A DNA stretch of 63,738 nucleotides, filler included, from Hyphochytrium catenoides (lineage: Eukaryota > Protista > Hyphochytriomycota), in the NCBI GenBank assembly GCA_900088475.1. It is 5 parts of 5 records of this genome, joined end to end, with 100 filler letters (N's around TTAATTAATTAA, not from the genome) between each part and the next. Parts side by side here need not be neighbours in the genome. Positions count along the whole stretch, not along the records: positions 24,398 to 44,947 come from FLMG01004524.1; positions 45,048 to 56,362 come from FLMG01004067.1; 3 more parts are not named here. The stretch is one strand, 5' to 3'. The position numbers were made by a program, and so were the translations under genes. This document shows positions 38,489 through 51,234 of the stretch, piece by piece. The notes below the pieces were generated by a model. It saw nothing but the letters and a program-made list of their open reading frames with translations. It was not told where the DNA came from and searched no databases. Every line of letters begins with the position of its first letter. The stretch's first letter is position 1.

Positions 38489-39253
38489 CTACCTACGAAG
38501 GGCAGCGCACTCTCCGCTGCGTCTGACTCACTTCGAGCCTGACCTTCAATAACCTCCAACCCTGCGCCTCGAGGCGTTCTTCCTGGTCACTGCAGACACA
38601 TCAGAACCTCCAGGGAAAGGGAAAGGAGTTTGATCGTCCGTACTTGTACAGCTCTGTATACTGTATCGTGTACACCTGCATCCCATCATCACCATTCGAA
38701 ACATCGTGGTGCCATCTCGCCTGTTATTCAGGATCTACATAGGCATATTACTAACAAGTGAACCACTTAATGGCGGTGCTTTAAACATTGTAAGGCGGAT
38801 ATTGTGCTACAGACTTAAGGGGCTGTTTCCACACAACATTTGTCGGTCGGCCGTTCCTGGACTTAGTTGTGATTAGTTGAGAAGTTTATGTGGCGACTGA
38901 CAGGAGGTGTGATGGCGGCGGCGGCACCCTACAAATTGGTGCAGATCAAACCTTTGGCAAAGCTCTGTCAAAAGCTGACAACGCAGCTCCGCCTCGCAGA
39001 AGCAGACAAATCTTCCAGATATCTGCAGATAGAGCTGCTCTATACATTCAATAGCAGCTACTCCAAGCCGTACTGAGCTCCATCCTTCCATTTCGCCAAC
39101 TACGGCTGTGGCACCTCATATCATTAGTCAAAGAGAGCTGACCTGCACGTTCAAACTCTCTAAGAGATTTTCCGACTTTCATCTACGGAGAAGAGTCGGA
39201 CCTAAGACGTCAGCCTTCTGAATCACCCCTATCCTTGCGCATTTCCAGCAATC

Positions 39254-39932
39254 ATGAAGCTTGTTAGGTAACGAGTCTACATGATAATTTCTTCCATCAT
39301 AGGGCAGGGTCTAACGTTTTGAGTAGATTTTTGATGAAGCTGAACGGTGAGCCCGTGACCATAGAGCTGAAGAACGGGACACTTGTGCACGGAACTATTG
39401 AAGGTTCGGGAAACATACTGCCCTTCAATGTCGTCTTCTGCGTGAGCAACTCGTTACTGTCATATCCATGTGTTCACAAAGTTGGCCGTAAGAAGCATGC
39501 CATACATCCCTTATCTCATCCCACTCCGTTAGACGCCCAATCGTAAATGTTCAATTTCTCCTTCCACCAACCTACTTTTCTCGTCCTCATATTAGTGCCA
39601 GGGATCGTAGCTATGGGTCTGCTCAGCTCACTCTATGCCCTCCACCTCCCTTACCTATTTCTGTGACTGCAGGCGTGGACATTAGTATGAACACGCATTT
39701 GAAGAACGTGAAGATGACGCTGAAGAACAAGAACCCAGTCAATTTAGAAAAGCTCAGCATTAGGGGAAACAACATCAGATACTTTATCCTGCCAGACTCA
39801 CTCAATCTGGATACACTTCTGATTGACGACACGCCCAAGCAAAAAGTCAAGCCGACAACAGTGGGCATGGGCAGAGCAGGCAGAGGCAGAGGAAGAGGAA
39901 GAGGGCGGGGTCGTGGCCGAGGGCGCCCTTAG
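39254..39932 (+). CDS. SNRPD1: Small nuclear ribonucleoprotein Sm D1, 3 exons
   Basis: MKLVR|[25 protein letters not shown]|[16 protein letters not shown]...[22 protein letters not shown] plus a GR-repeat tail. Confidence 0.97.
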
Positions 39933-40354
39933 ATCCAGAAAACTTCTCCTTCGTACCTTAACCTCTCCAATTTCCCTTCTTCCGTGATCTTCACTCTCCT
40001 CCTTTCATGTCAAGCCGCTTTCTGTCCTCTATAACCTTAGGGTCTTGATGGGACCTAACTCTCTAGGAGTAGCCTCTCTTCAATAAACTATCATATGACC
40101 TCAACATTGCAGCGACAGTTGGAAAATCGGACTTGACAAGCAATCTATACATCAACTCTAGGAAGCATGATTGGCTTCACCTTTAGCAGAGGTGGGAGAC
40201 AGTAGCGTTTCTCATTATTTGTTATGTTTGCATCTAACACATATGTAAAAGACAGCTACAGCTTTCACGACAGGGCAGAGCTGCACGAACGACTCTGTGA
40301 GAGTGACTTATGGAGTATATAGGATGTGACTGCTGAGTCAGTACGGCCCTTAAG

Positions 40355-43063
40355 CTAGCAGTAGATAGGGATGTAGATGAAGCTGCAGATTGGGGGCTTG
40401 GTTGGCGCCGGTGTTGGAGCGGGAGTCGGAGCTGGTGTGGGTGCCGGAGTAGGAGAATTGGTTGGCGGAGAAGTCGTCCGCATTGAGGCGGCAGGAGTAG
40501 GAGCAATTTGACTGGGAGCCGGGGTGGTAGGCACCAAAGGCGACGGAGCAGGAGATGGAGATGGCGGAGAGCCACTGCCGCCACTGAGACCAGAAGAGAC
40601 CGACACATCCGTGAAACGAACAGTCCCTGTAACCCCGGGCCGTGCAAGGATGTGCAGGGTCATGCTCTGGGGAATCTTGCAGGGCTCATTTACTGACAGG
40701 CTAACCTCTTTCCAGCCATAAGAACCGGTAGTGAAGCTGTTACTATGGATAGAAGAGGAGCCATCAGCCCACTTCATCTCCAAATAGAAGCCAGCCACGG
40801 AGCCAGAAGAGCTCTCAGGAAACGTGAGTCCGTCAGCACTAATATTGGCAGAAACAGTGAAGATCCCAGCCGTAATGGCAGAAGCATTGAATGCGGAGAT
40901 TGGCTGGAAGGCCCCTGACAGATCTCCATTTGGCCTATTGAGGGTCCCATAAGTCTTCTTCTCCCCTCCTTCTTCTCTTCCGAGGGTATAACCCAAGCCA
41001 TCTACAAACCACCAATCGTTGTTTTCAACTCGCGGATTCTGTACAAGAGTAGTCGGGGCACTAGGAGGCGCTGATGGCGCGNNNNNNNNNNNNNNNNNNN
41101 NNNNNTGCCGATCATGCCATCAGAGCCAATATTAGCTGTAGCCGAGTGACCACAGTCATCTAGGGCCATGCGGGCTAGGTAAGCGGTGTGGAGGTCCTGC
41201 TGCTTCAGAGTTTGTACCGGAAGCTTTACATAGCGCATCACCTTTTCCAGCGTCTGCTCGATCCACAGTGTCACAAGGCTCTGACGAGCGAACTTGGTGA
41301 TGGTAGATACCCCAGAGGGAGCTGGATGCATGACTAGGTTGGCCTGATGTGTCATGTAGGGATCATGTTGCAAGGCCAGAAGCTGACTAGCACAGCGCCA
41401 GGACTCTCTTTCATAGAAAGTCTTGAGGTCAGTCATGCCTAACGTCTGATTGTAAAAGACATTATACAGCTGTAGGTTCTTTTCAAAGTCTTGCATGTGG
41501 AAGTACACGTTTAGGGCGTAGCGTGGGATGATGAACATTCCAGTATGCCCGTTCCGGGTGCTGTTGGTAGTCCAGCCGTGATAACGGTTGCCCTTCCAAG
41601 GCAGTAGCTGTGGGTAGCTGTTGTCCCCGACGATGGAGGTGATCCCATGGTTAGAGATTACCTTCAGAGCGTCTCCATTAAAGAGACCACTGATTCTGGG
41701 TGTTACCATTGCGGCGGGAGAACTCCACGGCTTACCCACAAGACCCAAAGCCTTCGCGAAGTATTCATTAGCCGTTAGCTCGACGTCGGCGTCAAAGGAA
41801 GTGATGTTGAAAAAGGCTAAGTGGGTGTAAGTGTGGGTCAGCCAGAAGAATTCCTTTTGTACATTTTCGTCCCTAGACTTGCGGAAGAGCGGATCCTTTA
41901 GGAGCCAGGTCATCACCTCCAATAGAGAGAAGTCTCTGAACTTATTGTTAGGAAGCATGGTCCACACCCGAGTCCCGCTGCCCAGGGGCTTCTGCCATCC
42001 AAATGGAGACTCTTCCAAGTATTGCAGAACTACTGGGTTTTCCCAAGGGTCTTGGGTTTGTCTGGTTTCCTTAGCCACTCCCATGCCATTGTATGCCAGC
42101 TCTAGCTTTACGCTAGAGCCTGCTGGAAGAGCTTTATTTAGCGCGCGTTGCCATTGGATCAATTCATCTACATCTTTAGCCGAGACTCTGCCTATCGTCT
42201 TCTCATTAAGTGCAGGATTAATGTCCCATAACTCCGTGGGCAGGAAGTAGTCGTCCACCTGAGTACTGAGGAGAATCCTTCTAGAGCCAATGAAGAGACC
42301 TTTTGTCACCCATTCGGACCAGATGTAGGAGAGAGCCACAGAATTGGCGTCTGGATTACGGGTNNNNNNNNNNNNNNNNNNNNNNNNNNNNNNNNNNNNN
42401 NNNNNNNNNNNNNNNNATTCCTATGTAAGGGGTGCCACCTGGTGAGTTCTTATTGAGGATAAGTAGAGGTGTGAGAGACGGCGATGGAGTCTTTACATAC
42501 GAGCCGATAGTGTAGACGCCAAATTGGTAAGGGGACTGGCTGAGGTCAAATAATGCCTCAGGCTTTACAATGGAGGAACGGACAGTTTGCTTCCATGCTT
42601 CAGTGAGAGTGGCAGTGGTGCCAGCAGGTGGAAGGCCATTCGTGGTAAAGTCTGCCTGGAAACGCATCCCGGGCACAGTGTCGGGATTGGACTCGAGAAC
42701 AACTCTTCGCACTCCATACTTGACCTCATAGGCTTGCAAGGCTGCATACTGACTCGACGTCAGGGCATCTACCCAATAGTTTCCTCCTTGGTCGTAAGTG
42801 GTTGGGCCCTTGACGATGCAGGAGTACTTGCCATGTCCATCTGCATGTTCAAGCGAAAGGCCCCCGCTGAGTCCTTTCGGAGGAATGACGATTTCGTCGA
42901 AGGGGATGGAAGCACTTTGGAATGCTCGGCCAGCGTCACTGGCGCCATTTGAGAAAGCTTCGTTCACGATAACGGCGCACTTCAGATCCACCTCAAGAGC
43001 AGCAGCGAGCTGAGTGATCGTAGCTAGCGCCGCGGCGAGTGTGACCAGTCTGAAGTGTGTCAT
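40355..43063 (-). CDS. Secreted Agd3-like (CE18) polysaccharide deacetylase with C-terminal beta-sandwich CBM-like domain and Pro/Thr stalk
   Basis: Three ORF pieces separated only by N gaps. Signal peptide; LQAYEVKYGVRRV; GSRRILLSTQVDDYFL; WLTHTYTH; MVTPRISGLFNGDAL; HDPYMTHQANL, which are the Agd3 family metal/catalytic motifs. Then TLVQNPRVE...GTVRFTDVSV and (PTPA)n. Confidence 0.8.
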
Positions 43064-44947
43064 TCTTCAGTTGACTGTGGCAGTTGCCTTAGTTAAAGAG
43101 AGATATTCCCGAAGTGGCAAACTCTGACATGGTCCGGAGCATCACTATCAGCAGAGGGCACATCATCAATAGATGAGGAGCAATGAGGAGAAGTTGAGGA
43201 GACAAATAGGGGAAGCAGAGGTGGGCAGCGGGAGAGACCGATCTAGTACGAGATATGAAGAAACCACTCACATACTCTGCAGATATGCAAGACAGAGTAA
43301 CGGCATAGAGGAGAACGGTACAGGTACAAGGTATCAGGGACCCAAGAGGTGGGCGGCGCGTACTTGGGATGATGGCTAGGGGTACTATTTGCCTCACTCG
43401 CAGAACTCTATATGGTTAGTTTCTCTGATATATTATTACTGTCTCGGGCACTGATTGGCTAGTGAAAAAAGCATCTGACTCTGACTCTGAAATGCACCAT
43501 CTCTTCGCGTCTAGATTGACATACAAAATATACACTTTATTTAGGCATAATCTAGGATGTAAGTGTCGCATTGTGGAAGTCAACATTTACCTCAGAAACC
43601 TATGTGGAAATAGGTAAGGGTGTTGTTCTAAATCAGAGACCATACGCCTCACTCAACACCAGGAATGCAGCGGCAGGCACAAGAGATCCAAAAAGCTTCT
43701 GTTCCCTGTCCACTGCCCCTTCATTTGGGCCACAGCGGTGGGTGGGTGAGCCTTACCCTACAGTAGACTCGCTTAGATTTCATAGGCTATCGATGACCGG
43801 ATGGGTGGGTAGGAGCAGAACGAGTTGGGCTCAAAGATAGGAGAGGAGGTGGCCCCAAAAGTCCGCTCCTCCCAAGGCTCCACTGACAACAGAAAATTTT
43901 CTCAGATCTCTGCTGAAAGATCTTCACACACGAAGAGCTGGAGCTGTGAGCTGAGTCATCAGTTGGCCATCTCACTTATTATTGTGAGTCACCAGGAATA
44001 CAGCAGCACAAGAAGAGCTTCCTTGCTGCTTATCACCTCTCTCTTCTGTACCTTTAGACTATAGCTCTAGTCATGAAAGCACAGCCAGTGCAGAAGGTGA
44101 CACACGCCTTACTTGACACACATCCTTCCGCCAATGCACAGCAGAAAGGAGGCACATGCCAACTGCTCCTTTTAACAACCACGCTTATTAGATATCATCC
44201 TTCCTCTTCTTCCCCCTCCTCCACCAGAACAAACAGTAGGAGACGTAAGGTCTCAGATCGAATAGCTCAACAGGCTAGTACGGTGCAGCAACAGAGCAAC
44301 AGTCAGATCATGACGACGAGAGACAGGATAAGAACATTGACAAAAAGACGGCAGGTGAGGAGCTTATCTAACAGCCTGTAGACGACACTACAAATGCCTG
44401 TGCGGGTGTAAGAAGAATCTATTTTCACTTCTGGAACACTACATTTGTATATGATAGTTGCTACGGAAAAGAAACGTTAGAAGGAGCGTCAGACGAGTGA
44501 GCACTTGGTCACCTGCCTGTTTCGATCCCACTGATGAGGTTCTTCTTATAGGAGAAAGTAGATAGTATCAAGCAACATAATCTGATGAAGTGGTTGACTC
44601 ATTGACTTGCCACACCGGCATATTTTATAGACTTCCAACCACGCTTGCTTCTTGATGAAAGATCTTCACTTACCATGCATAAATAATAATGATTCCTACT
44701 CTGGCTAGCCTGGTGCTTTAATTGTGGCGAATGGGAATCAATACTGCCCTAGATGGAAGCAGGCAGGAGAACCCATGTGCGCGATGATTCATCCTACACA
44801 CTAATAACCCTTCCTGTAAGACTATCAGCTACCCCCCACCAGTCCAACCACCACTTGGCTATGCCAAGCTTGGAGAGCGAACAGTGTTAGATTGCGACAG
44901 GGAAATGATATGAGAAGGGTCTAAGAAAGAAGGGAAGAACGTGAGGC

Positions 44948-45047
44948 NNNNNNNNNNNNNNNNNNNNNNNNNNNNNNNNNNNNNNNNNNNNTTAATTAAT
45001 TAANNNNNNNNNNNNNNNNNNNNNNNNNNNNNNNNNNNNNNNNNNNN
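44948..45047. other. Artificial contig linker
   Basis: N44-TTAATTAATTAA-N44. Confidence 0.95.
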
Positions 45048-45317
45048 TCTATAGCGCAGCATATACTGTTGCTGATCATCAAAGTGGACGTCCGTGAAGA
45101 GAGAAAGGAAGAGAATACGTCATCTGCCTCTCTTGTGCTCTCTCTCCCTCTCTCTCTTCCATTTTGTTCTCTCTTCTCTCTAGCCAAGCTCGTGACTCTC
45201 TGTCGCTTTCCTTGATTTGCTCTTGTTCTTCTTTTGCATCACTCTCTCTTCTTCAGAAACCAGCCATTCCTTCGTCGTGGTTTGGAGAAGACAACGGGAC
45301 TGTGAAGATAGCCAACC

Positions 45318-48300
45318 ATGGTTTCTAAGGCAAAGAATACCTTCGGGCTCTTTTTATTGAGCAGCGTTATCTTTCTCATCTTTGCCTCTTCTTCTTCACT
45401 TGTCCCGGGACTTGGTGTGGAGGCCCTTATCCCTAGTGCTGAAAGGGACGTAACCGCGGTCCTGTTCGAATGGAAGTTCGAGTCGGTAGAGCGAGAGTGC
45501 GAAAGGCTTGCCCGCCTGGGGTATGGATTCGTACAAGTCTCTCCGCCGCAAGAGCACATACACGGGCAGCAGTGGTGGTAAGAAGCGAGGAAGCGGAGAA
45601 AACTCCATCAATCTACAGAGAGGCGAGAAGAATTATCATGTCCAAGAGGCGTCCCACAAAAGCGAGGACAGCGAGTTAGGGGACCGGGCATAGATAAGGC
45701 ACCGAAAGGGGAACTGATATCTGGGCTAGAGAAAGAAGATGGTGGATGATATATCAATGGGCGGGGACAGCAGTAACCATAATATGAAGAACAGAAGAGA
45801 AGAATCTATCGTAGTGGAGGAACCGGAAGCCGTTGTTTAGTAGGGGAGAAGAAGGAAAGGAAGCGTCTACAAACAAGATCTACCTCACTGTCGGTCTTTT
45901 GCTGATGTCTCACGTCCTTTCTTCATGTCTTCTTCTCTCACCTCAGGACGAGCTATCAGCCTGTGAGCTATAAGATCGCTGGTCGTCTAGGAGATCGTGA
46001 ATCATTCAGCAGCATGGTAAAGACCTGCAATCGTGCAGGGGTAAAAGTCATCGTGGACGCCGTAATCAACCACATGACCGCTGGTGGAAGTGAGACAGCC
46101 ACCGGCACGGGGGGTTCTCTCTACACCAAATATAACTATGCTGGTATCTATCAGGATGAACATTTTCATCACTGCCGCAAGGACATACAAGGGAAGGACT
46201 ATCGTGGTAAGCACGAAGAGTATTATCTATGCAGTTTACGCTTTGTTTGCTGTTGCTGTCAGTTTCTTGCTGTTGTGACATTCCCTGATGCCAATATCTC
46301 TGTCTTGCCGATCCTGGTCCCCGCCGCCAGAGTTCCTTTTCCTCCCATGTTGCTCATCAATCGAACTTAGACTACCGTCCCTAGCTGTCACTTTCTGTCC
46401 TCCTCGTTTCTCCGCTTTCTTTTCTGTCAAAACGTACTGAGCAGTCGAATATCATAATCTCTCACGGCTCCTCGTTGAGCACATGGTTCTTCGACAAACT
46501 ATATTGTCCTCCCACAGTCTCTCTCTCTCTCTTGTCTCCCTTTCTCCTCTGTCTCTCTCTCTCTCTCTCTGTCTCTCTGTTTGTCTCTCTCTTTCTTCTC
46601 TTTTTATTAGTTGCCTCACACTCTCTCTCTATCTCCCTGTGTCTGTGCTCCCCATTCCAATTCGCCTTCTTTTGTCTGTCACTGCTCTCTCTTGCACCTC
46701 TATCTGTATTCCTCACCTCTCCTACCTATCTCTCTTCTCGTAACCCTTTCTCTTCGCTTCTCCCCTTTTCTGTCTTTCTATCCCTTCTCTTTCTCTTCCT
46801 TCTCCCCCTCCTCTTCGGGCGAACACCTCTACCTCATCAAGCTAATGATGACTAACTACTTGCGATATCCTTTCTGCCAGGCGATCGCCGAAACGTGCAA
46901 GAGTGCGAGCTGCACAGCCTGGCCGACTTGGACACCGGATCCGAATATGTCCAGCAGAGGCTAGCCAGTTACTTCAATGATCTGCTCGCCCTAGGTGTCT
47001 ACGGCTTTCGGGTGGACGCAGTCAAGCATATGGCCGCCAAGGATCTGACCGCGATCAAGGCCAAGATCACAAACCCAAACGTCTACTGGGTCCAGGAGGC
47101 TATTTTTGGACCAGAGGAGGCTGTCCTGCCAGAGGAGTATGTGGCGACTGGAGAAGTGCAAGGTACGACGACGAAACGGTGGAATTGATAAGGATAAGAA
47201 GGAAACGAGAGGGAGTAAACTGAGCAAAAGTAACGACAAACACTAAACGTCGGCAAGTCAGACTAAAGATCAAGAAGGAAAAGCTCTTTCTTCGGAGCAA
47301 AACGTTAAACAGCCTGGGGTCTGAAGTAGTCGATGCGCTTGATGAGGGTAAAACCGAGAAAACAGTGGTATGCTCGCTGCGACAATAATGTGAGATGAGA
47401 CGCGGCAGGAGAAGGAGGGGGGGGTGAAGTTCTAATGACAAATAGGCTTAGCAATTGATGCGCTAGGATTGTTGATAAGCTCTTCCCCTCTCTCTGGTGC
47501 TCTTGGCCTGACCTTTGAAACCTTCTTTTTTGTCGCCTTCTTAGAGTTCCGGTACCCCAATATGCTCAAGGCAGTGCTGCGCAAAGAAGATGGGCAAAAG
47601 CTGGCTAACCTTAAGAACTTCGGGGAGGGGTGGGGCTTCCTAAAGAGCGAGCAGGCCAACGTCTTCGTCACCAACCATGACACGGTTAGATCATCTTTTA
47701 ATGTGTTCCCTTGCTTATGAAATATATTCTCGTGCTCAAGTCCTCTCATGTTAGCCCATATCAACTTTTCTGTTTGTCTGATCATTTGGGCATAAGCATT
47801 TCGACCTCCGTTCCTCTGTTCCACATTTCTCTTCTCATCTCTACGTTCTCGCTCGTACCTCAACTCAAATCCTTTTTTTCTACTTTCCATTCTTTTCGCT
47901 CCGTACCTTCAGGAGAGGAATGGTTGGAGTCTCACCTATAGGGACGGCCCTCTCTACACGCTTGCCCACATCTTCATGCTCGCTTGGCCCTACGGGACGG
48001 TAGGAGTGCATTCAGGCTACGAGTTCCCTGAGACTGACTACGCAATGGGACCCCCAAACAATGGAGCCGTCCGAGACTGCTATCGAGACGGTTGGCAGTG
48101 CCAACACGCCTGGCAACATATATCTAACATGGTCCTGTTCAGGAATGCCGTTCGCGGTGAGCCGGTCACCGACTGGTGGGACGACGATGAACATGCTATT
48201 GCCTTCGGGCGGGGTCAGAAGGGCTTCGTTGTCATCAACAATGGGGACGGCGCCATTTCTCGGGTTTTCAAGACCAGTCTTCCGGCGGGTCAGTATTGTG

Positions 48301-48851
48301 ACGTCCAACAGGGAGACGTGACATTAGACGGTCGATGCTCCGGACCCATTATTACGGTAGGAGATAACGGGCAATTCTCCGCCACCGTCCCACCGAAAGA
48401 AGCCATTGCTATTTATCAGCAGCCAACGTCCGAAGCTGCCCCTTCCGCAGCCCTTCCCAGTCTTCTTTCAGCGGATAAGAAGGACAAGACAGCCACAGCT
48501 AACATGACTGACAACGCGGAAGAAGTGGAGAAAAAGACTGTGGAGGTGTCTTTCTACGTCAAAGCGGAGACTAAGTGGGGGGAGAATATCTTCATCGTTG
48601 GAGATATTCCTGAACTTGGAGGATGGAATCCTTGTCTCTCCGTTCCTCTGAGCTCTGCTGCTTATCCTGCTTGGACCGCTATCATTGAGCTAAAAGCAGG
48701 ACAGTCATTCTCTTATAAGCTAATCAAGAAAGAAGTAGGAGATGGTAACATGGTGATCACATGGGAACACGGCGAAAACAGGATCGTTATAATCCCATCT
48801 GGCGGGCCGAACAAGATTAACCTTGATTCTACCTGGAGGATGCGTACGTAA
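45318..48851 (+). CDS. Secreted GH13 alpha-amylase with CBM20 starch-binding domain, 5 exons
   Basis: Exons 45318-45577, 45947-46206, 46881-47162, 47545-47684, 47913-48851. Motifs [46 protein letters not shown]; CBM20 [21 protein letters not shown]...WEHGENR. Confidence 0.95.
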
Positions 48852-51234
48852 TGAGCATTAGACCACTAGAGAGGGAAGACAGAGAGAAAGACAGAAGCAG
48901 CAGGTAAATAGAAAGAAAGATGGTCATTTGCATCCATCCGTACCTCCACTATGCCACTTCTCTTTCTCAACACTCCTTCCCATGTTTGCCAAGTCGTCTG
49001 CAGCTACTACTCTTGCCTCTCCTGGCACGTCTCTTCCATCTTCTTCGTCGGTTCTCTATGGTCCTCTACGACAGCATTCATTGGTATCTATAAGTCCACT
49101 CCTAATTGAAGCTTTGAGATCTTCCTTTTCCTCTCATTGCCCGCAGGACTCTTTTCAATATAACGACTCTTCCTCTTTTCTCCTTCTCTCCGGTCGTCTT
49201 CTTGCCATGCTCTCCTCCTCCTCTTATTCTATAATCCCCCTCGCCCTTCCTATCTTTTCCTCCTTGGTTAAATACACCACGATCGAGCACCTTGAGTGCT
49301 GCCCTTTCTCTTTGCCTTTAGCCTTTCACTGCTCATCATCGGCCCATCGTGCTTACCTGTTTCCTCCCATGATGCCCTTTTCTTCTTCTACTATATGCTG
49401 ACGTACTAGTCAAGAAAATGCAAGTCTATATCTCCGTTTAGCGCGAGACAAAATCTTGCAAAATAAGGGCAGCACGGAAGTGTCAGTCAGACTGTTACGG
49501 GTTCTTGAAAACACTAGTTCTAACAAACGGGCAACAGCCAAATGATTGAATGAACTCCTCCTTCGCCATCGTCGAGGAACTCATTTAGTTTCCTCTTCCA
49601 CTTCTGACAAATAACGTGGTGGAGGAGGAGGCGAGGGAGTTGATGAAAGAGGCGACCAAGACTTTGTAGCTCTTGCTGCTATCTCCTTGTCTTCTCCTTC
49701 TTCTTCTCGTTCTTCTTTTACTTCTTAGTAGTATTATTATTCTTATAGAAGTCGCGGAACACCTGATCAAAGAATTGGACGACTGAAGAGAAGGATTCTT
49801 TAAGGAGATGTGTCAGACTTGAGGTCCGTAGTTCTTGACCAGTCAAACTCTATCGATGATCCGCTCGCTCACGGATAAGATAAAAATATCAGTACTAGTA
49901 ATAATAGCAACCACGGCCAATGATGAATCTGATCGCCCTGTAATACTAGCTCTGGACCTGGGGTGGGCGGCAGATGATCAGTTGCCTGGCTTCCCCTGTT
50001 CCGTACGAACGAAAAAAGGCCTTTATTTACCGAACGGCACACTCACCTCCGCCTATCAGAGGCTGGGGTCAATGAGTGTGCACCGCGGAAGTGGGGGAAC
50101 TCTTCTAACCCTACCTATTGAAAGGAGAAGAAGAAACTACAGCACGCCAAAAGACATTCTTCACTCCTGTCTGCTTCCTTCTTCTTAGTAGGAAATTTGA
50201 ATCTGGATGGTACAATCGGGGAATGGAGAAGAATCACGGGCCTGAACTTGTAGGGTAGTAGAAGGTGGTGCGAATATTTTGGTTATTATTGTTGTCTCTC
50301 CTTGTCCTCCTACCGAGAAGTCAAACTCCACCCGCCGCGGCTAACGAATGAGAGCAACTAAAGAAAGACAACAACGAGGGTGTACCGCTCTTCTAGGCAC
50401 AGAAGAGGGAGATCTGAGTGAGATTGTGAACGACGAGAGAAATAAGGGCTGGCAGAGAGGAGGTTAGAGAACGAAGGAAGCGTGTTGGCAGATAGACAGT
50501 AGACAGACAGCGATTGAGAAGAAGAAGAGGAGGAAAAAAGTAAACGGACACCAACGAAGAAGAGAGAGAGAGAGAGCAGAGTGAGAGAAGGATAGTTCTA
50601 GGAGCAGAGAAAAGTAGAAGACGAGAGAGGGACGGCAACAAGACGAAAGGTCGAGAGAAGCAAGGAGTTAGAGAGCCAGTAGAGAGGGACCGACACAGAA
50701 GGAGGGGAGAGAAAGACAGAGCGAGCGAGAGAGAGAACGAGAGACAGGAAAAGAAAGAGGGATAGACAGAGGAGGAGAGAGATTCTGCTTCAGTAACTAG
50801 GAGAGATGTGAAGGGGCAGGGATAGGCAAGATAATACTACACAGTGTTGTTCGCGGATTTTATGGATGGAGTAGTTATGGATGGAGTAGTAGCTAATAAG
50901 ACGGATGGTGCATAGGAACACTAGATATTGGAAAGTCTTTGTACTTTGGACACGTGGTTATTTTTATTGTAAAAAACATCATCCAGTCTGTTGTCATTGG
51001 ACACTTCTCCTCTTTCTCCGTGCAGTAGAAGAACTAGGGCAAGTGCTTCTTGCAGACCTTGGGCGGCCGCCGACGACACAGGCTGGCCGAGTAGTAGCGG
51101 ACTGAACTCTTTCCGTCGCTTCTTTATTCATTGATTCGCCAGCCTCGCTCAAGATAAAAGTCTCACTACGAGATTCTTGCTTGCTGCACGATTCCACACC
51201 AGGAGTACTTCCTCTTCTTCTTCTATACAAAGCG

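Noticed and set aside
44532-44560. Hammerhead ribozyme core (CTGATGA...GAAA)
   Set aside because: Stem II lacks the closing pair and stems I and III are not evident.
40355-48851. Deacetylase-amylase divergent CAZyme cluster
   Set aside because: Separated by the artificial linker at 44948-45047.
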